A DNA stretch of 64,000 bases, from positions 192,001-256,000 of the forward strand of contig CAVYSW010000003.1 of assembly GCA_963771275.1 (NCBI GenBank), read 5' to 3'. The stretch is from an uncultured Gemmatimonadales bacterium (GTDB taxonomy: Bacteria; Gemmatimonadota; Gemmatimonadetes; Gemmatimonadales; GWC2-71-9). The notes beneath the pieces are model-generated. The model worked only from the letters and a program-made list of their open reading frames with translations. It was not told where the DNA came from and searched no databases. Shown here piece after piece: positions 17,760 through 26,947 of this stretch; position 1 is the first letter of the stretch, and each line of letters opens with the position of its first letter. Both the position numbers and the translations under genes were made by a program.

Positions 17760-18668
17760 TCACAGGGCCCCGAGATGGGCAATCGCCGCGTCGGCGATGC
17801 GCCGCGGCTCGTACCCGCCCTCGAGCACCGACGCCACCGGGGCGTCGAGCGCGCGCCAGCGCGCGACCCACGTCGCGTAGTCCTCCGGCTCGAGCGTGAA
17901 GCCTGCGAGCGGATCGCCCGCCATGGCGTCGAACCCCGCCGAGATCAGGATCAGCTGCGGCGTCCAGTGCTCCGTGGCGCGCGCGACCGCCGCGTCGAGC
18001 GCCGCGACATACTCCGCGCGGGGGCGGCCGGGCGGCCGCGGCACGTTGAACACGTTCCCGACGCCGCGCTCATCGGCGCGGCCCGTGCCGGGGTAGAGCG
18101 GCCACTGGTGCAGCGAGACGTAGCGAATCCGCGGCTCGCGCTCCACCAGCGCCTGCGTGCCGTTGCCGTGATGCACGTCCCAGTCGACGATCAGCACGCG
18201 CTCGAGGCCGTGGTCGTCGAGTGCCGCACGCGCCGCGATCACGACGTTGTTCAGCAGACAGAACCCCATGGCGCGGTCGGCGAGCGCATGATGGCCCGGC
18301 GGCCGGACCGGGGCGAACGCGGGGACGCCGCCGAGCGCCGACTCCGCGGCCGCGACCGCCGCCCCGGCGGCGTGCAGCGCCGCCGCAAAGCTGCCGGCGC
18401 TCATCACCGTATCGGCGTCGAGAATGCCGCCGCCGGCCGAAGCCAGCCGCTCGAGCCGGTCGACGTAGGCCTGGGGGTGCACACGCTCCACGGCGGGGCG
18501 CGCGGCCGCTGGCGCGTCGATGAAGTCGAGCCGCGGGGCGACGGAGCTGCGGCGCAGCATGGCGAGCATCGTGCGCACGCGCTCCGGCGATTCGGGATGC
18601 CCCGACCCCGGCTGATGCTCCAGCGTCGCAGGGTGCGAGAAGATGCGGATGCGCGGGGCCGCCGTCAT
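17760..18668 (-). CDS. Histone deacetylase-family Zn-dependent amidohydrolase
   Basis: HPESPER, RPPGHHA, GFCLLNN, DWDVHHGNGTQ, SLHQ..YPGTG, SAGFDA..DPL, LEGGY all intact. Confidence 0.95.
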   Translation of the reverse strand: MTAAPRIRIFSHPATLEHQPGSGHPESPERVRTMLAMLRRSSVAPRLDFIDAPAAARPAVERVHPQAYVDRLERLASAGGGILDADTVMSAGSFAAALHAAGAAVAAAESALGGVPAFAPVRPPGHHALADRAMGFCLLNNVVIAARAALDDHGLERVLIVDWDVHHGNGTQALVEREPRIRYVSLHQWPLYPGTGRADERGVGNVFNVPRPPGRPRAEYVAALDAAVARATEHWTPQLILISAGFDAMAGDPLAGFTLEPEDYATWVARWRALDAPVASVLEGGYEPRRIADAAIAHLGAL

Positions 18669-18680
18669 CGTGACGGCGGC

Positions 18681-18947
18681 TCAGCGCGGGTGGTCGCGCA
18701 GCGTCTTGGCGAGATCTCCCAGCTCACCGCGCAGGGCGTTCCGGGCGTCGGCCAGCTCCTCGAGGCGCTTCACGTAGCGGCGTCGCAGCACCAGCACGCC
18801 GATCGCTCCGGCACCGAACACGCCGCCCCAGGCCACGAGCCACGGGCGCGCGGACCACAGCCCCGCCAGCACCAGCAGCGCGGCGTCGAGCACCAGCACT
18901 CCCGCCGCCAGCACGGTCAGGGCCCGCGCGGGATGCCGGTGCTTCAC
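18681..18947 (-). CDS. Small two-TM membrane protein with C-terminal coiled coil
   Basis: Two hydrophobic helices then RRRYVKRLEELADARNALRGELGDL; GTG start 18947. Confidence 0.7.
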   Translation of the reverse strand: MKHRHPARALTVLAAGVLVLDAALLVLAGLWSARPWLVAWGGVFGAGAIGVLVLRRRYVKRLEELADARNALRGELGDLAKTLRDHPR

Positions 18948-18957
18948 CCGCGCGGCG

Positions 18958-19227
18958 TCACCAGACCGGTCGGCGACGCCCGGGCAGCACGATGAGCGGA
19001 GCACCATCGGCCAGCTGGAGCCCCGCCACCGTCACGTGCTCGTCGAGCACGAGCGCACCGCGATACTTGATCACGTAGGCTGCGGGATCCAGCGACCGCC
19101 CGGTCGCGGCGGCGAGCGCCTGCTGCTTGACCGCCGCGAGCGTGAGCTCGGGAGACGCCTCCAGCTCGACGTGATCCCACGTGTCCGTCACCATCACCCG
19201 GAGCCGCACCGCGCTCGCCGTGGTCAC
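18958..19227 (-). CDS. Ubiquitin-like (beta-grasp; YukD/EsaB-like) protein
   Basis: Pattern matches ubiquitin elements: VRLRVMV / HVELEASPELTLAAVKQQAL / YVIKYRGALVLDE / VTVAGLQLADGAPLIVL; ends PGRRRPVW with no GG. Confidence 0.75.
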   Translation of the reverse strand: MTTASAVRLRVMVTDTWDHVELEASPELTLAAVKQQALAAATGRSLDPAAYVIKYRGALVLDEHVTVAGLQLADGAPLIVLPGRRRPVW

Positions 19228-19496
19228 ACGGTCTCCTGCTCAAGCGCCGGCAGCGTCGACAGGAATCGGTCGATCGTCTGATCGAACAGCAGGGAGGACG
19301 AGCGCACGCGCGTCCCGCCCTCCACCGGGAAAGCCGCGACGACGATCTCTTCCCCACCCTGGCCGCGAAACGTCGCCCAGGTGGGTCCTTCCCCCTCCAG
19401 GAACGCGCCGAAATGCGGCACGCGCTCCGCAAAGAACTGCTTCGCGCGGCGCAGCACTTCGTCGGCCGCGAGCGATGTCGTCATGTCATGCAGCAT
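19224..19496 (-). CDS. Hypothetical alpha/beta protein, 90 aa
   Basis: Strong GGAGG RBS; stop overlaps the Ubl start (GTGA). Confidence 0.8.
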   Translation of the reverse strand: MLHDMTTSLAADEVLRRAKQFFAERVPHFGAFLEGEGPTWATFRGQGGEEIVVAAFPVEGGTRVRSSSLLFDQTIDRFLSTLPALEQETV

Positions 19497-19561
19497 GGGC
19501 TCCTCCGCCCCGCCACGGGGGCTTTCGGCGGCCCGGGAAAGCTAACGCGCGGCGCGCGCCC

Positions 19562-22195
19562 CTAGAAGGCCACCCGCAGTCGGCTCAGCAGCAGGCGGCC
19601 GATGGGCGGCGCCCCCACCATCTCCTGGTGCCGATTGTCGAGCACGTTCTGCACGGTGAGGGTGAGGCCGGCCCCGAGCGTCCCCGGGAGCCGCAGGCCG
19701 ACCGTGACGTCCACCACGCCGTACGACGCGACCCGCCCCTCATACACGCCATTGGAGACGGGGAACGCGGCCACGACACGCGCGCGCACGGCCGCCGTCA
19801 CGCCGGCCGCCGGGCCACGGTACGTGAGGGCGAGCGTACCCTTGTTGCGCGGCGCGTTGAGATAGACCGTCCCGACCCGCTGGACGTTCGGCAGCGTGTC
19901 GTTGCTCGTCCAGGAGTAGGACGCCGAGGCGGCGAAGCGATCCGAGAGCGCGAAGCGCAGCTCGACGTCCGCGCCCCACAGGGTGTACGCGCCGCCCCGC
20001 TTGTTCACGACGAGGATGTCGTACGGGTGCAGCGCCTCGGTGGGGGAGACGGTGCCGGCGGGAAGCTGGCTCAGCGTGTCGGCGAGCATGGCGGCCGTGT
20101 CGGCGGGGAGATACGTCGCGAGGTAGGCGTAGAGCATGTCGCGGTCGAAGAACGCGTTGGGTGTCGCCGTGACCAGCGGGCCCGCAACGTCCCGCACCCG
20201 ATTGGCCCACACGGATACGCCGGCCTCCAACCGCCGGGCGACCTGCCCCTTGTAGCCCAGCTCCACCACGTTCGTGATCGTGCGCCCTTCCCCCTCGATA
20301 TCGGTCACGTCGGCGGCGGCGATCGGGACGAACGTCCCCGAGCTGATGTCGAGCAGGCCGAGGTGCGTGGCGATGTCGGCGGACGTGGGCGCCGGAATGC
20401 CGGAGAGATCCACGCCGAACTGCGGGGCGGCGAGCACCACGGCGGGCCAGAGCAGCGTCGCGTCCGTCGGGATGTAGGCGTTGGGATCGCTCAGGTTGAA
20501 CGGGCTCCGCATGCACAATCCGCCGCCGCAATCCCGGCGGAACGTGAAGCCGTCCTTCGGCACCCCGACGCCGCGCACGCTGTACCCCAGGCTGCCCACG
20601 ATCGCGATGCGCGCGTACTCGAGATCGAGGAACAGGTCGTTCGCGTCCGGCGACGTGAACGCCCGGTTGTACGTGAGCCGCAGCGCCTGGGTGGGGGCGG
20701 GGCGGAACACGACCGCGGCCCGGGGTGAAAGCACGACGTCGTTCAGCCGGTTGTGGTGATCCACCCGCAAGGCGCCGATCAGCCGGAGCCGCGGGCCCAC
20801 CGGCCCCTCGGCAGTGAGATACGCGCCGAGCTCGGCCACCTGATCGGCGCTCTCGTTCGCCCCGTCGATCGTGCCGCCGGTGCGTGGATCGGTCCAGCGG
20901 CCGTCCACGCCGTACAGCAGGTCGACGCCGCCCAGCCGGCCGCCGTGCTGCAGCTGGGTCACCAGCACCCGGGAGCTGTCCACCAGGGGCGCGCCGTTCC
21001 GCAGCAGGTAGGAGTTGCCCGCATTCTGCCAGTCGTAGACGAGATTCGCGAACAGCCGGTCGCGCCGCGCGCGGAGCTGCACGTAGCCGTTGCGCCAGTC
21101 TTCCCCCTGGACGGCCCCGAACCCCGAGGTCATGTCGATCGCATGGACCGCGTCCACGATCCCCCCCGACGCCACCACCTCGGTCCGCACGTCGGGCCGC
21201 CAGTCGACGCGCAGATCCGCCGCGAGGCGCTCGACGGTCGAGTCCCGCCGTCCGACGCGGAGCGTCGCGGGGTCGGCCCCGGTCGCGATCGAGTCCACGC
21301 GGTTCTTGACCTCGGTGGAGTCGGTATACGGCCAGTCGTGCCCACGCAGCAGCTCCCCGGACAGCTTGACGCCGAACGTGCGGCTCAGCGCGGCGGCGTA
21401 GCGGAAGCTCCCGCCCAGCACCGCGCGCGTGCCGCCGCTGAGCGTCACCGTCCCGCCGGGAAAGTCGAGCGGCGAGCGGGTCAGCAGGTGCACCACCCCG
21501 CTCGGCGCCCCGGGGCCGTACAGCGCGGACGCGGGGCCGCTGATCACCTCGATTCGGTCGACATCCTCGTTCGTCGCCGGGATCATGTACGGCACGTTGA
21601 ACGCGTAGGAAGGGAGCGCCGCGTAGCGATAGTCGTTGAGCAGCAGCAGCGCGCCCGAGTTGACCGTGTTCGTCCCGCGCGCGCTGAAGGTCTGCTGGAT
21701 CAGGCCCTTTTCCGCGGCGTTCACGCCCGGCACCTGCGCGACGTGCTGCAGGGGAGACGCCGTCGGCGCCTCCTCGATCTCGCGGCGGCCCACCACCGAC
21801 GCGGCCGTCGGCGCGTCGAGCGCCGTTTCTTCGCTGCGGGACGCGCTCACGATCACGGGATCGAGCGGCGTGCCCAGCGGGAGCAGCCGGATGACGAGCG
21901 AATCGCGGCCCTGTCCGGCCGACACCCCCTCGAGCACGCGGGGCGCGTAGCCCACGCGCGTGAGCCGCAGCCGGTACGTGCCGGCGGGCACCCCCCCGAA
22001 CACGAACCCGCCCTGCCAGCCGGTGATGACGGCACGCCGCAGGCCGGCCCCCTCCAGCTCCACGCGCACGGTGCTGACCGGCACGTTGGCCACCGAGTCC
22101 AGCACGGTGCCGCGCACCTGCTGCGCCACGGCCGGCGCCGCAGCCACGGCAATCGCGATGGTGATGCGCGAGGCGAGCGACACGACACGGGACAT
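19562..22195 (-). CDS. TonB-dependent receptor with N-terminal carboxypeptidase-regulatory-like domain
   Basis: Signal peptide; VRGTVLDS..GTYRLRLTRVGY; plug motif DRIEVISGPASALYG..GVVHLLTR; VQNVLD; terminal Phe. Confidence 0.93.
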   Translation of the reverse strand: MSRVVSLASRITIAIAVAAAPAVAQQVRGTVLDSVANVPVSTVRVELEGAGLRRAVITGWQGGFVFGGVPAGTYRLRLTRVGYAPRVLEGVSAGQGRDSLVIRLLPLGTPLDPVIVSASRSEETALDAPTAASVVGRREIEEAPTASPLQHVAQVPGVNAAEKGLIQQTFSARGTNTVNSGALLLLNDYRYAALPSYAFNVPYMIPATNEDVDRIEVISGPASALYGPGAPSGVVHLLTRSPLDFPGGTVTLSGGTRAVLGGSFRYAAALSRTFGVKLSGELLRGHDWPYTDSTEVKNRVDSIATGADPATLRVGRRDSTVERLAADLRVDWRPDVRTEVVASGGIVDAVHAIDMTSGFGAVQGEDWRNGYVQLRARRDRLFANLVYDWQNAGNSYLLRNGAPLVDSSRVLVTQLQHGGRLGGVDLLYGVDGRWTDPRTGGTIDGANESADQVAELGAYLTAEGPVGPRLRLIGALRVDHHNRLNDVVLSPRAAVVFRPAPTQALRLTYNRAFTSPDANDLFLDLEYARIAIVGSLGYSVRGVGVPKDGFTFRRDCGGGLCMRSPFNLSDPNAYIPTDATLLWPAVVLAAPQFGVDLSGIPAPTSADIATHLGLLDISSGTFVPIAAADVTDIEGEGRTITNVVELGYKGQVARRLEAGVSVWANRVRDVAGPLVTATPNAFFDRDMLYAYLATYLPADTAAMLADTLSQLPAGTVSPTEALHPYDILVVNKRGGAYTLWGADVELRFALSDRFAASASYSWTSNDTLPNVQRVGTVYLNAPRNKGTLALTYRGPAAGVTAAVRARVVAAFPVSNGVYEGRVASYGVVDVTVGLRLPGTLGAGLTLTVQNVLDNRHQEMVGAPPIGRLLLSRLRVAF

Positions 22196-22261
22196 GGGCC
22201 ACCTCAGCGGAAGGCAACCTCCAAGGTGCGGCCCGCGGGGGCCCGCGGCAAGACGGCCTGC

Positions 22262-22951
22262 TCAGGCCGGCGGGCTGGAGCGCGCGACCGCCCGCGCGAC
22301 GCTCGGAGGCCTCCCACGACGCACCAGATCCCGCAGCCGGGGCTTGTGGCGGAGCACGGCAACCAGCTCTCCGGGTGGCGGTTCGCGCACGCCGTCCACC
22401 ACGAGGAAGAGCGGCAGCGGCAGATCGGGCACGTCCATCTCGTAGGCCTCGCCGTGCCAGCGGACGTCGAGCCGCGCGGGCCGACCCCGCACCAGGCGGT
22501 CGAGGAACACGTCGTCGTCCACGCGGTAGATCCCCGGCGCGGCCTCCTCACCGGACAAATGGAACACCGCATCGAACGGCTGTCCGTCGTGCCGGGCGAA
22601 GTTCTGCTCGGCCGCCCAGTCGTAGTCCTCGAGCCGATCGGTGCTGGCACGCCACTCGATGTGATGGCGCAGCTCGTGCGTCAGGGTGTCCCACGCCTCG
22701 TCGCGCCAGGAGAAGTCCGCGCTCAACCGCGCCAGCGCGCGGAACGAACCATGGTACAGCACCACCCGGGACTGGGTCTCGTCGTCGCTGCCGTGCAGCG
22801 GAATGCACTCGCCGAGCGTGTACACATCGGCCCGGACCGGATCGGGGACGCTCTTGGGGCTCACGTCGATCGCCGCAATCCCGTCGAGGTACTCGGCCGG
22901 GATCTCACGGGTGAGCCGCGTGATCAGGCGCTCGAACTCGGCGAACTGCAT
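22262..22951 (-). CDS. Minimal zincin-like metallopeptidase
   Basis: IPAEYLDGI..TLGEC..VLYHGSF..DTLTHELRHH (HExxH). Confidence 0.8.
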   Translation of the reverse strand: MQFAEFERLITRLTREIPAEYLDGIAAIDVSPKSVPDPVRADVYTLGECIPLHGSDDETQSRVVLYHGSFRALARLSADFSWRDEAWDTLTHELRHHIEWRASTDRLEDYDWAAEQNFARHDGQPFDAVFHLSGEEAAPGIYRVDDDVFLDRLVRGRPARLDVRWHGEAYEMDVPDLPLPLFLVVDGVREPPPGELVAVLRHKPRLRDLVRRGRPPSVARAVARSSPPA

Positions 22952-22961
22952 GATGAATAGT

Positions 22962-23005
22962 GCGGCAGGGGTGGCAGGAGCGGCAGGGACGGCTGGAGCG
23001 GCAGC
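22962..23005. repeat. Degenerate 9-nt tandem repeat, ~5 copies, intergenic
   Basis: GCGGCAGGG GTGGCAGGA GCGGCAGGG ACGGCTGGA GCGGCAGC. Confidence 0.7.
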
Positions 23006-24484
23006 TTAGGCCAGCACCGCCGCGAGCCGGCGGATCACGGGTGCGAAGGAAAGCGGCCCGCCGGTCACGCGCTCGGCGAGCCGGGCGGCCGAGTCGGCCT
23101 GGCCGCGGGACATGAGATCGCGCACGAAGCCCCCCGCCCGGGGATTGCGATACCAGTCCTCATCGAATTGCTGGACGAGTTGGTCGGCGAGCATCGCCGC
23201 GAGCTGCCACGCCCGGAGGTAGCGTGCGGCGTAGAATCCGGGATCCACGTCTCGCAGAAAGTCCGCTTCCGGAAACCGGAATCGCGTCGCGTCGGTGAGC
23301 AGCTCGGCATAGAGCGGTCCCGCGTGCTCGTAGTCGCCGCGATGCAGCGCGATCTCGTAATGCAGCTTCGCGGCGTAGCGGCGCAGCATGTAGAGCTCCG
23401 CCACCGCCAGCTCGAACAGCAGATCGCGGATCTGCCCCTCACCCCCCGTCCCCCGCTCCCCCAGCGCGCTGTACCGCCCGATCCACCCCGCCTCGAGCGT
23501 CAGATGATCCCACAGCATCGCGAACCCTTCGGTGACCGAGTTGTCCCCCAGCCACTTCTCGTGGAACGGGCGCTCCTGGGCCACCGCGGCGAAGTGCATG
23601 GCGTGCCCCAGCTCGTGCCAGAACGTGCGGTAGTCGGCGTGGCCGCCGGCCGGCCGCAGCACGAGGTAGACCTCGTCCGGCACGCGCACGGGTGCGCAGA
23701 AGGCGCGGGGCTGTTTGCCGTCCCGCTCGTCGGTGTCGAACCGCACGCGACCCTGCTCCGTGGCGTCGAGCCCCATGTCGGCCATCTGGCGCAGCGCGAG
23801 CGGCACGAGGGCCGCGGGAGGGAACGCCGCGTCGAACCGGTCGGCGCGGAACGCCCAGCCGGTGTCCGCCCGGACCAGATCCGCGAGCCCGAGGCCCAGG
23901 CGCCGGCGGACGAGCCGTGCGAGGGCGTCGTCGTACAGCTCGCGCGTCCCGGCGAGCAGCTCGGCGGCGCGCCGGTCGAGCGTCGCCAGGTCGATGCCCG
24001 ACAGGGTGGCGATCGACGCGACGTAATCCGCCCCAACGCCGAACTGGAGCACCACCTCCCGTTCCGTGAGGAACCGCTCCCGTCGCAGCGCGTTGAGTCC
24101 CTGAGCACCAGCCGCCGCGCGGGCGCCGTCCAGCGCGATCCGCCACGCGCGGTCGGGGGCGTTCTGCAGCTCGATCGCCGCCCGCAGATACGGGATCGCG
24201 CGACCGTCCACCTGCAGCACGGCCTGCTGCTCCCAGACGAGCTGCCGCTCCTCGAAAACCGCCACGCGGCGCCCCACCCGGAGGTCGACGACCCACTCCA
24301 GCAGCGGCGCGATCGCTGAGGCGCGCGCGACCTCCAGGGCTTCGTCGCTCTGAAGGTCGCGATACCGCTCGTAGATCTCCAGGAAGGCCGGGTCGGCCTT
24401 CAAGCCGGCGCCGGTGAGATACGACTCGCGCCCGAGGTCGGCGTGCAGCGCCTCGCCGCGCGCGACGAGCTCGTCGAGCGTCAC
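23006..24484 (-). CDS. M3/oligoendopeptidase F-like zinc metallopeptidase
   Basis: KQPRAFC, TFWHELGHAMHF, downstream third ligand VTEGFA, FYAARYLRAW; GTG start overlaps the glyQS stop. Confidence 0.8.
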   Translation of the reverse strand: MTLDELVARGEALHADLGRESYLTGAGLKADPAFLEIYERYRDLQSDEALEVARASAIAPLLEWVVDLRVGRRVAVFEERQLVWEQQAVLQVDGRAIPYLRAAIELQNAPDRAWRIALDGARAAAGAQGLNALRRERFLTEREVVLQFGVGADYVASIATLSGIDLATLDRRAAELLAGTRELYDDALARLVRRRLGLGLADLVRADTGWAFRADRFDAAFPPAALVPLALRQMADMGLDATEQGRVRFDTDERDGKQPRAFCAPVRVPDEVYLVLRPAGGHADYRTFWHELGHAMHFAAVAQERPFHEKWLGDNSVTEGFAMLWDHLTLEAGWIGRYSALGERGTGGEGQIRDLLFELAVAELYMLRRYAAKLHYEIALHRGDYEHAGPLYAELLTDATRFRFPEADFLRDVDPGFYAARYLRAWQLAAMLADQLVQQFDEDWYRNPRAGGFVRDLMSRGQADSAARLAERVTGGPLSFAPVIRRLAAVLA

Positions 24485-25815
24485 CCGCCCAATTGCTCGC
24501 GCAGGTACGCGAGCAGCCGGTCCGCCGCCACGCGGTCCTGCTTGAGGGTGTCGCGGTGCCGCACAGTCACCGTCTGGTCCTGCACGCTCTGGCCGTCCAC
24601 CGTGACGCCGAACGGCGTCCCCGCCTCGTCCTGCCGCCGGTAGCGTCGGCCGATCGAGCCGCCGTCGTCGTAGAAGATCGTGACGTGGCCCCGCAGGCCG
24701 TCGGCGATCCGGTGCGCCAGCTCGGGCATCCCGTCCTTCTTCACCAGCGGGAAGATCCCCGCCTTGATCGGGGCGATCGACGGGTGGAACCGCAGCACGA
24801 CCCGCTGCTCCCCCTCGATCTCCTCCTCGCGATACGCGTCCACCAGCGTGACGAGCGCCAGCCGGTCCGCGCCGAGCGACGTCTCGATGATGTACGGCAC
24901 GAAGCGCTCGTTGGTCACGGGGTCGAGGTAGTCGAGCTTCTTCCCCGAGTGCTCCTGGTGCCGACCCAGGTCGAAGTCGGTGCGGTTGTGGATCCCCTCG
25001 AACTCCTGCCAGCCGAACGGGAACTCGTACTCGATGTCGAACGCGTCTTTCGCGTAGTGCGCCAGCTCGTCCTTGCCATGCCGGTGGAAGCGCAGCTTGG
25101 CAGGGGTGATCCCCACGTCCTGATGCCACCGCATGCGCCGGGCACGCCACTCCTCGAACCAGCGCTCGTCCTCACCCGGCTTGACGAAGAACTGCATCTC
25201 CATCTGCTCGAACTCGCGGGTGCGGAACGTGAAGTTGCCCGGCGTGATCTCGTTGCGGAACGCCTTGCCGATCTGCGCGATGCCGAAGGGGACCTTCTGC
25301 CGCGACGCCTGGAGGACGTTGAGATAGTTGACGTAGATCCCCTGCGCGGTCTCGGGGCGGAGATACACGACCGCCGCGGCTTCCTCGACCGGCCCCATGA
25401 ACGTCTTGAACATGAGATTGAAGAGGCGTGGCGCAGTGAGCGTGCCCCTGGACCCGCAGACCGGGCACTGCGCGTCGGGCTGCCCCGGCGTGCCCTTGAG
25501 CCGCGGATCATCGGCGCGGAACCGGTTCTTGCACTGCTTGCAGTCCACCAGCGGGTCCGTGAAGCCGGCGACGTGCCCCGAGGCCTCCCACACCCGCGGG
25601 TGCATCAGGATGGCCGCGTCGATCCCCTCGATGTCCTCCCGCTCGTAGACCATGGAGCGCCACCAGCGCTCCTTCAGGTTCTTCTTGAGCTCGACGCCCA
25701 GCGGGCCGTAGTCCCAGACCGAGCCCAGCCCGCCGTAGATCTCGGACGACTGGAAGACGAACCCCCGCCGTTTCGCGAGTGAGACGATCTTGTCCATCAG
25801 CGAGGTGTTCGCCAT
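24481..25815 (-). CDS. glyQS: Glycine--tRNA ligase, homodimeric (alpha2) type
   Basis: KRRGFVFQSSEIYGG, YLRPETAQG, GKAFRNEITP, FRTREFEQME, SIGRRYRRQDEAGTP. Confidence 0.97.
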   Translation of the reverse strand: MANTSLMDKIVSLAKRRGFVFQSSEIYGGLGSVWDYGPLGVELKKNLKERWWRSMVYEREDIEGIDAAILMHPRVWEASGHVAGFTDPLVDCKQCKNRFRADDPRLKGTPGQPDAQCPVCGSRGTLTAPRLFNLMFKTFMGPVEEAAAVVYLRPETAQGIYVNYLNVLQASRQKVPFGIAQIGKAFRNEITPGNFTFRTREFEQMEMQFFVKPGEDERWFEEWRARRMRWHQDVGITPAKLRFHRHGKDELAHYAKDAFDIEYEFPFGWQEFEGIHNRTDFDLGRHQEHSGKKLDYLDPVTNERFVPYIIETSLGADRLALVTLVDAYREEEIEGEQRVVLRFHPSIAPIKAGIFPLVKKDGMPELAHRIADGLRGHVTIFYDDGGSIGRRYRRQDEAGTPFGVTVDGQSVQDQTVTVRHRDTLKQDRVAADRLLAYLREQLGG

Positions 25816-25865
25816 GGAACCCAAGTGGCTGTGAGGGAATGGGATAGGTGGCGGCCGCGGGCGGA

Positions 25866-25894
25866 AAACTAGCCGCGCGTCACGGGGGCGGCAA
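25866..25894 (-). promoter_or_regulatory. Sigma70-type promoter for glyQS
   Basis: TTGCCG-N17-TAGTTT. Confidence 0.5.
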
Positions 25895-26947
25895 GCGAAG
25901 CGCCCGCCGCACCGCCCGCTCGGCGTGGCGCGCGAGGTCGTCCGCCGTCCACTGACCGGACTCGCTTTCCACGACGACCCCCGCCGGCACGTCGGACGCG
26001 CAAGGCGCCACCAGCGCAGCCGGGACCTTGCGGCGCAGGGCCGCGTGCAGCACCTCGCCCGGCAGCTTGCCGTCGAGTGAGGTGCGGTCGAACCGCGCCT
26101 CACCCACCACCACGAGGCTCGCCTCCTTGAGCAGCGCCGGGAACCCCACCCGGTCGAGCACCCACGGCGCGCCGGGGATCACGCTGCCGCCCCCGAAGCA
26201 CATCAGGCCGAACCCGAGGCCGCCGGCCGCGCCGGCACCTTCCTCGACGGCCAGGGCGGGTCCATTCCACGGCTCGGTGAGCTCGACCAGCCGCCGCAGG
26301 CCGGCGGCAAGCCGCTCGATCGCGTGCGGGCTCGCGCCCTTCTGGGACGCGTACACCGCTGCGCCGTCCTCCCCCAGCAGCACGTTGCGCACGTCCGACA
26401 GGCCCACCAGGCGGACGCCGGGGGGCCTGCCGGGTGCGAGATCGCCGAGCTCCTCCAGCGCGCCGCCGCCCTCCGGCAGGGGCTGGCCGTCGCGGTCGCA
26501 CGGGGTCCACCCCCAGGCGCGCGCCATACCGAGCCCGCCGTCCATCGTGGCGCTCCCGCCGAGGCCGACGAACACCACGGTGGCGCCACCCCGCGCCGCC
26601 GCCGTGACGAGCTCGCCGACGCCCCGCGTGGTGGTGTTGAGGGGGTCGCGGCGCGGCGCCGGTATCAGGGACAGGCCGCATGCCAGCCGCGACTCCACGA
26701 CCGCGGTCCGCTCGTCGAGCCACCCGAGGTCGGCCGTGACGGGCGTCCCGAGCGGTCCTGTCACCTGGTGGGTCGTCCTGATGCGGGGAGCCAACGCATC
26801 GAGCAGCCCGTCGCCCCCGTCGCTCGCCTTGACGAGGCGGGCGCTGCATCCCGCCGCCTCGACCCCGCGAGCCAGCGCCTGGGCGACCTCGTGGGCGTCC
26901 AGGGTCCCCTTGAAGGGCTGCGCCACCACCACGACGGTCGGGATCAC
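25880..26947 (-). CDS. garK: Glycerate kinase (GarK/GlxK family)
   Basis: PFKGTL, SDGGDG, TTRGVGEL, GLGGSATMDGG, SQKGA, GAGAAGGLG; GTG start overlaps the purA stop. Confidence 0.88.
   Translation of the reverse strand: MIPTVVVVAQPFKGTLDAHEVAQALARGVEAAGCSARLVKASDGGDGLLDALAPRIRTTHQVTGPLGTPVTADLGWLDERTAVVESRLACGLSLIPAPRRDPLNTTTRGVGELVTAAARGGATVVFVGLGGSATMDGGLGMARAWGWTPCDRDGQPLPEGGGALEELGDLAPGRPPGVRLVGLSDVRNVLLGEDGAAVYASQKGASPHAIERLAAGLRRLVELTEPWNGPALAVEEGAGAAGGLGFGLMCFGGGSVIPGAPWVLDRVGFPALLKEASLVVVGEARFDRTSLDGKLPGEVLHAALRRKVPAALVAPCASDVPAGVVVESESGQWTADDLARHAERAVRRALRLPPP

Noticed and set aside
18958..19227. Ubl as a ThiS/MoaD sulfur carrier or part of an E1-E2-JAB conjugation system
   Set aside because: No C-terminal GG and no E1/E2/JAB or cofactor-biosynthesis gene recognised in the window
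19740..22960. Long alternative-frame and antisense ORFs over the TonB receptor
   Set aside because: Arg/Gly/Ala-rich off-frame products typical of very GC-rich DNA
25816..25865. T-box riboswitch before glyQS
   Set aside because: Leader is only ~45 nt and lacks a T-box motif
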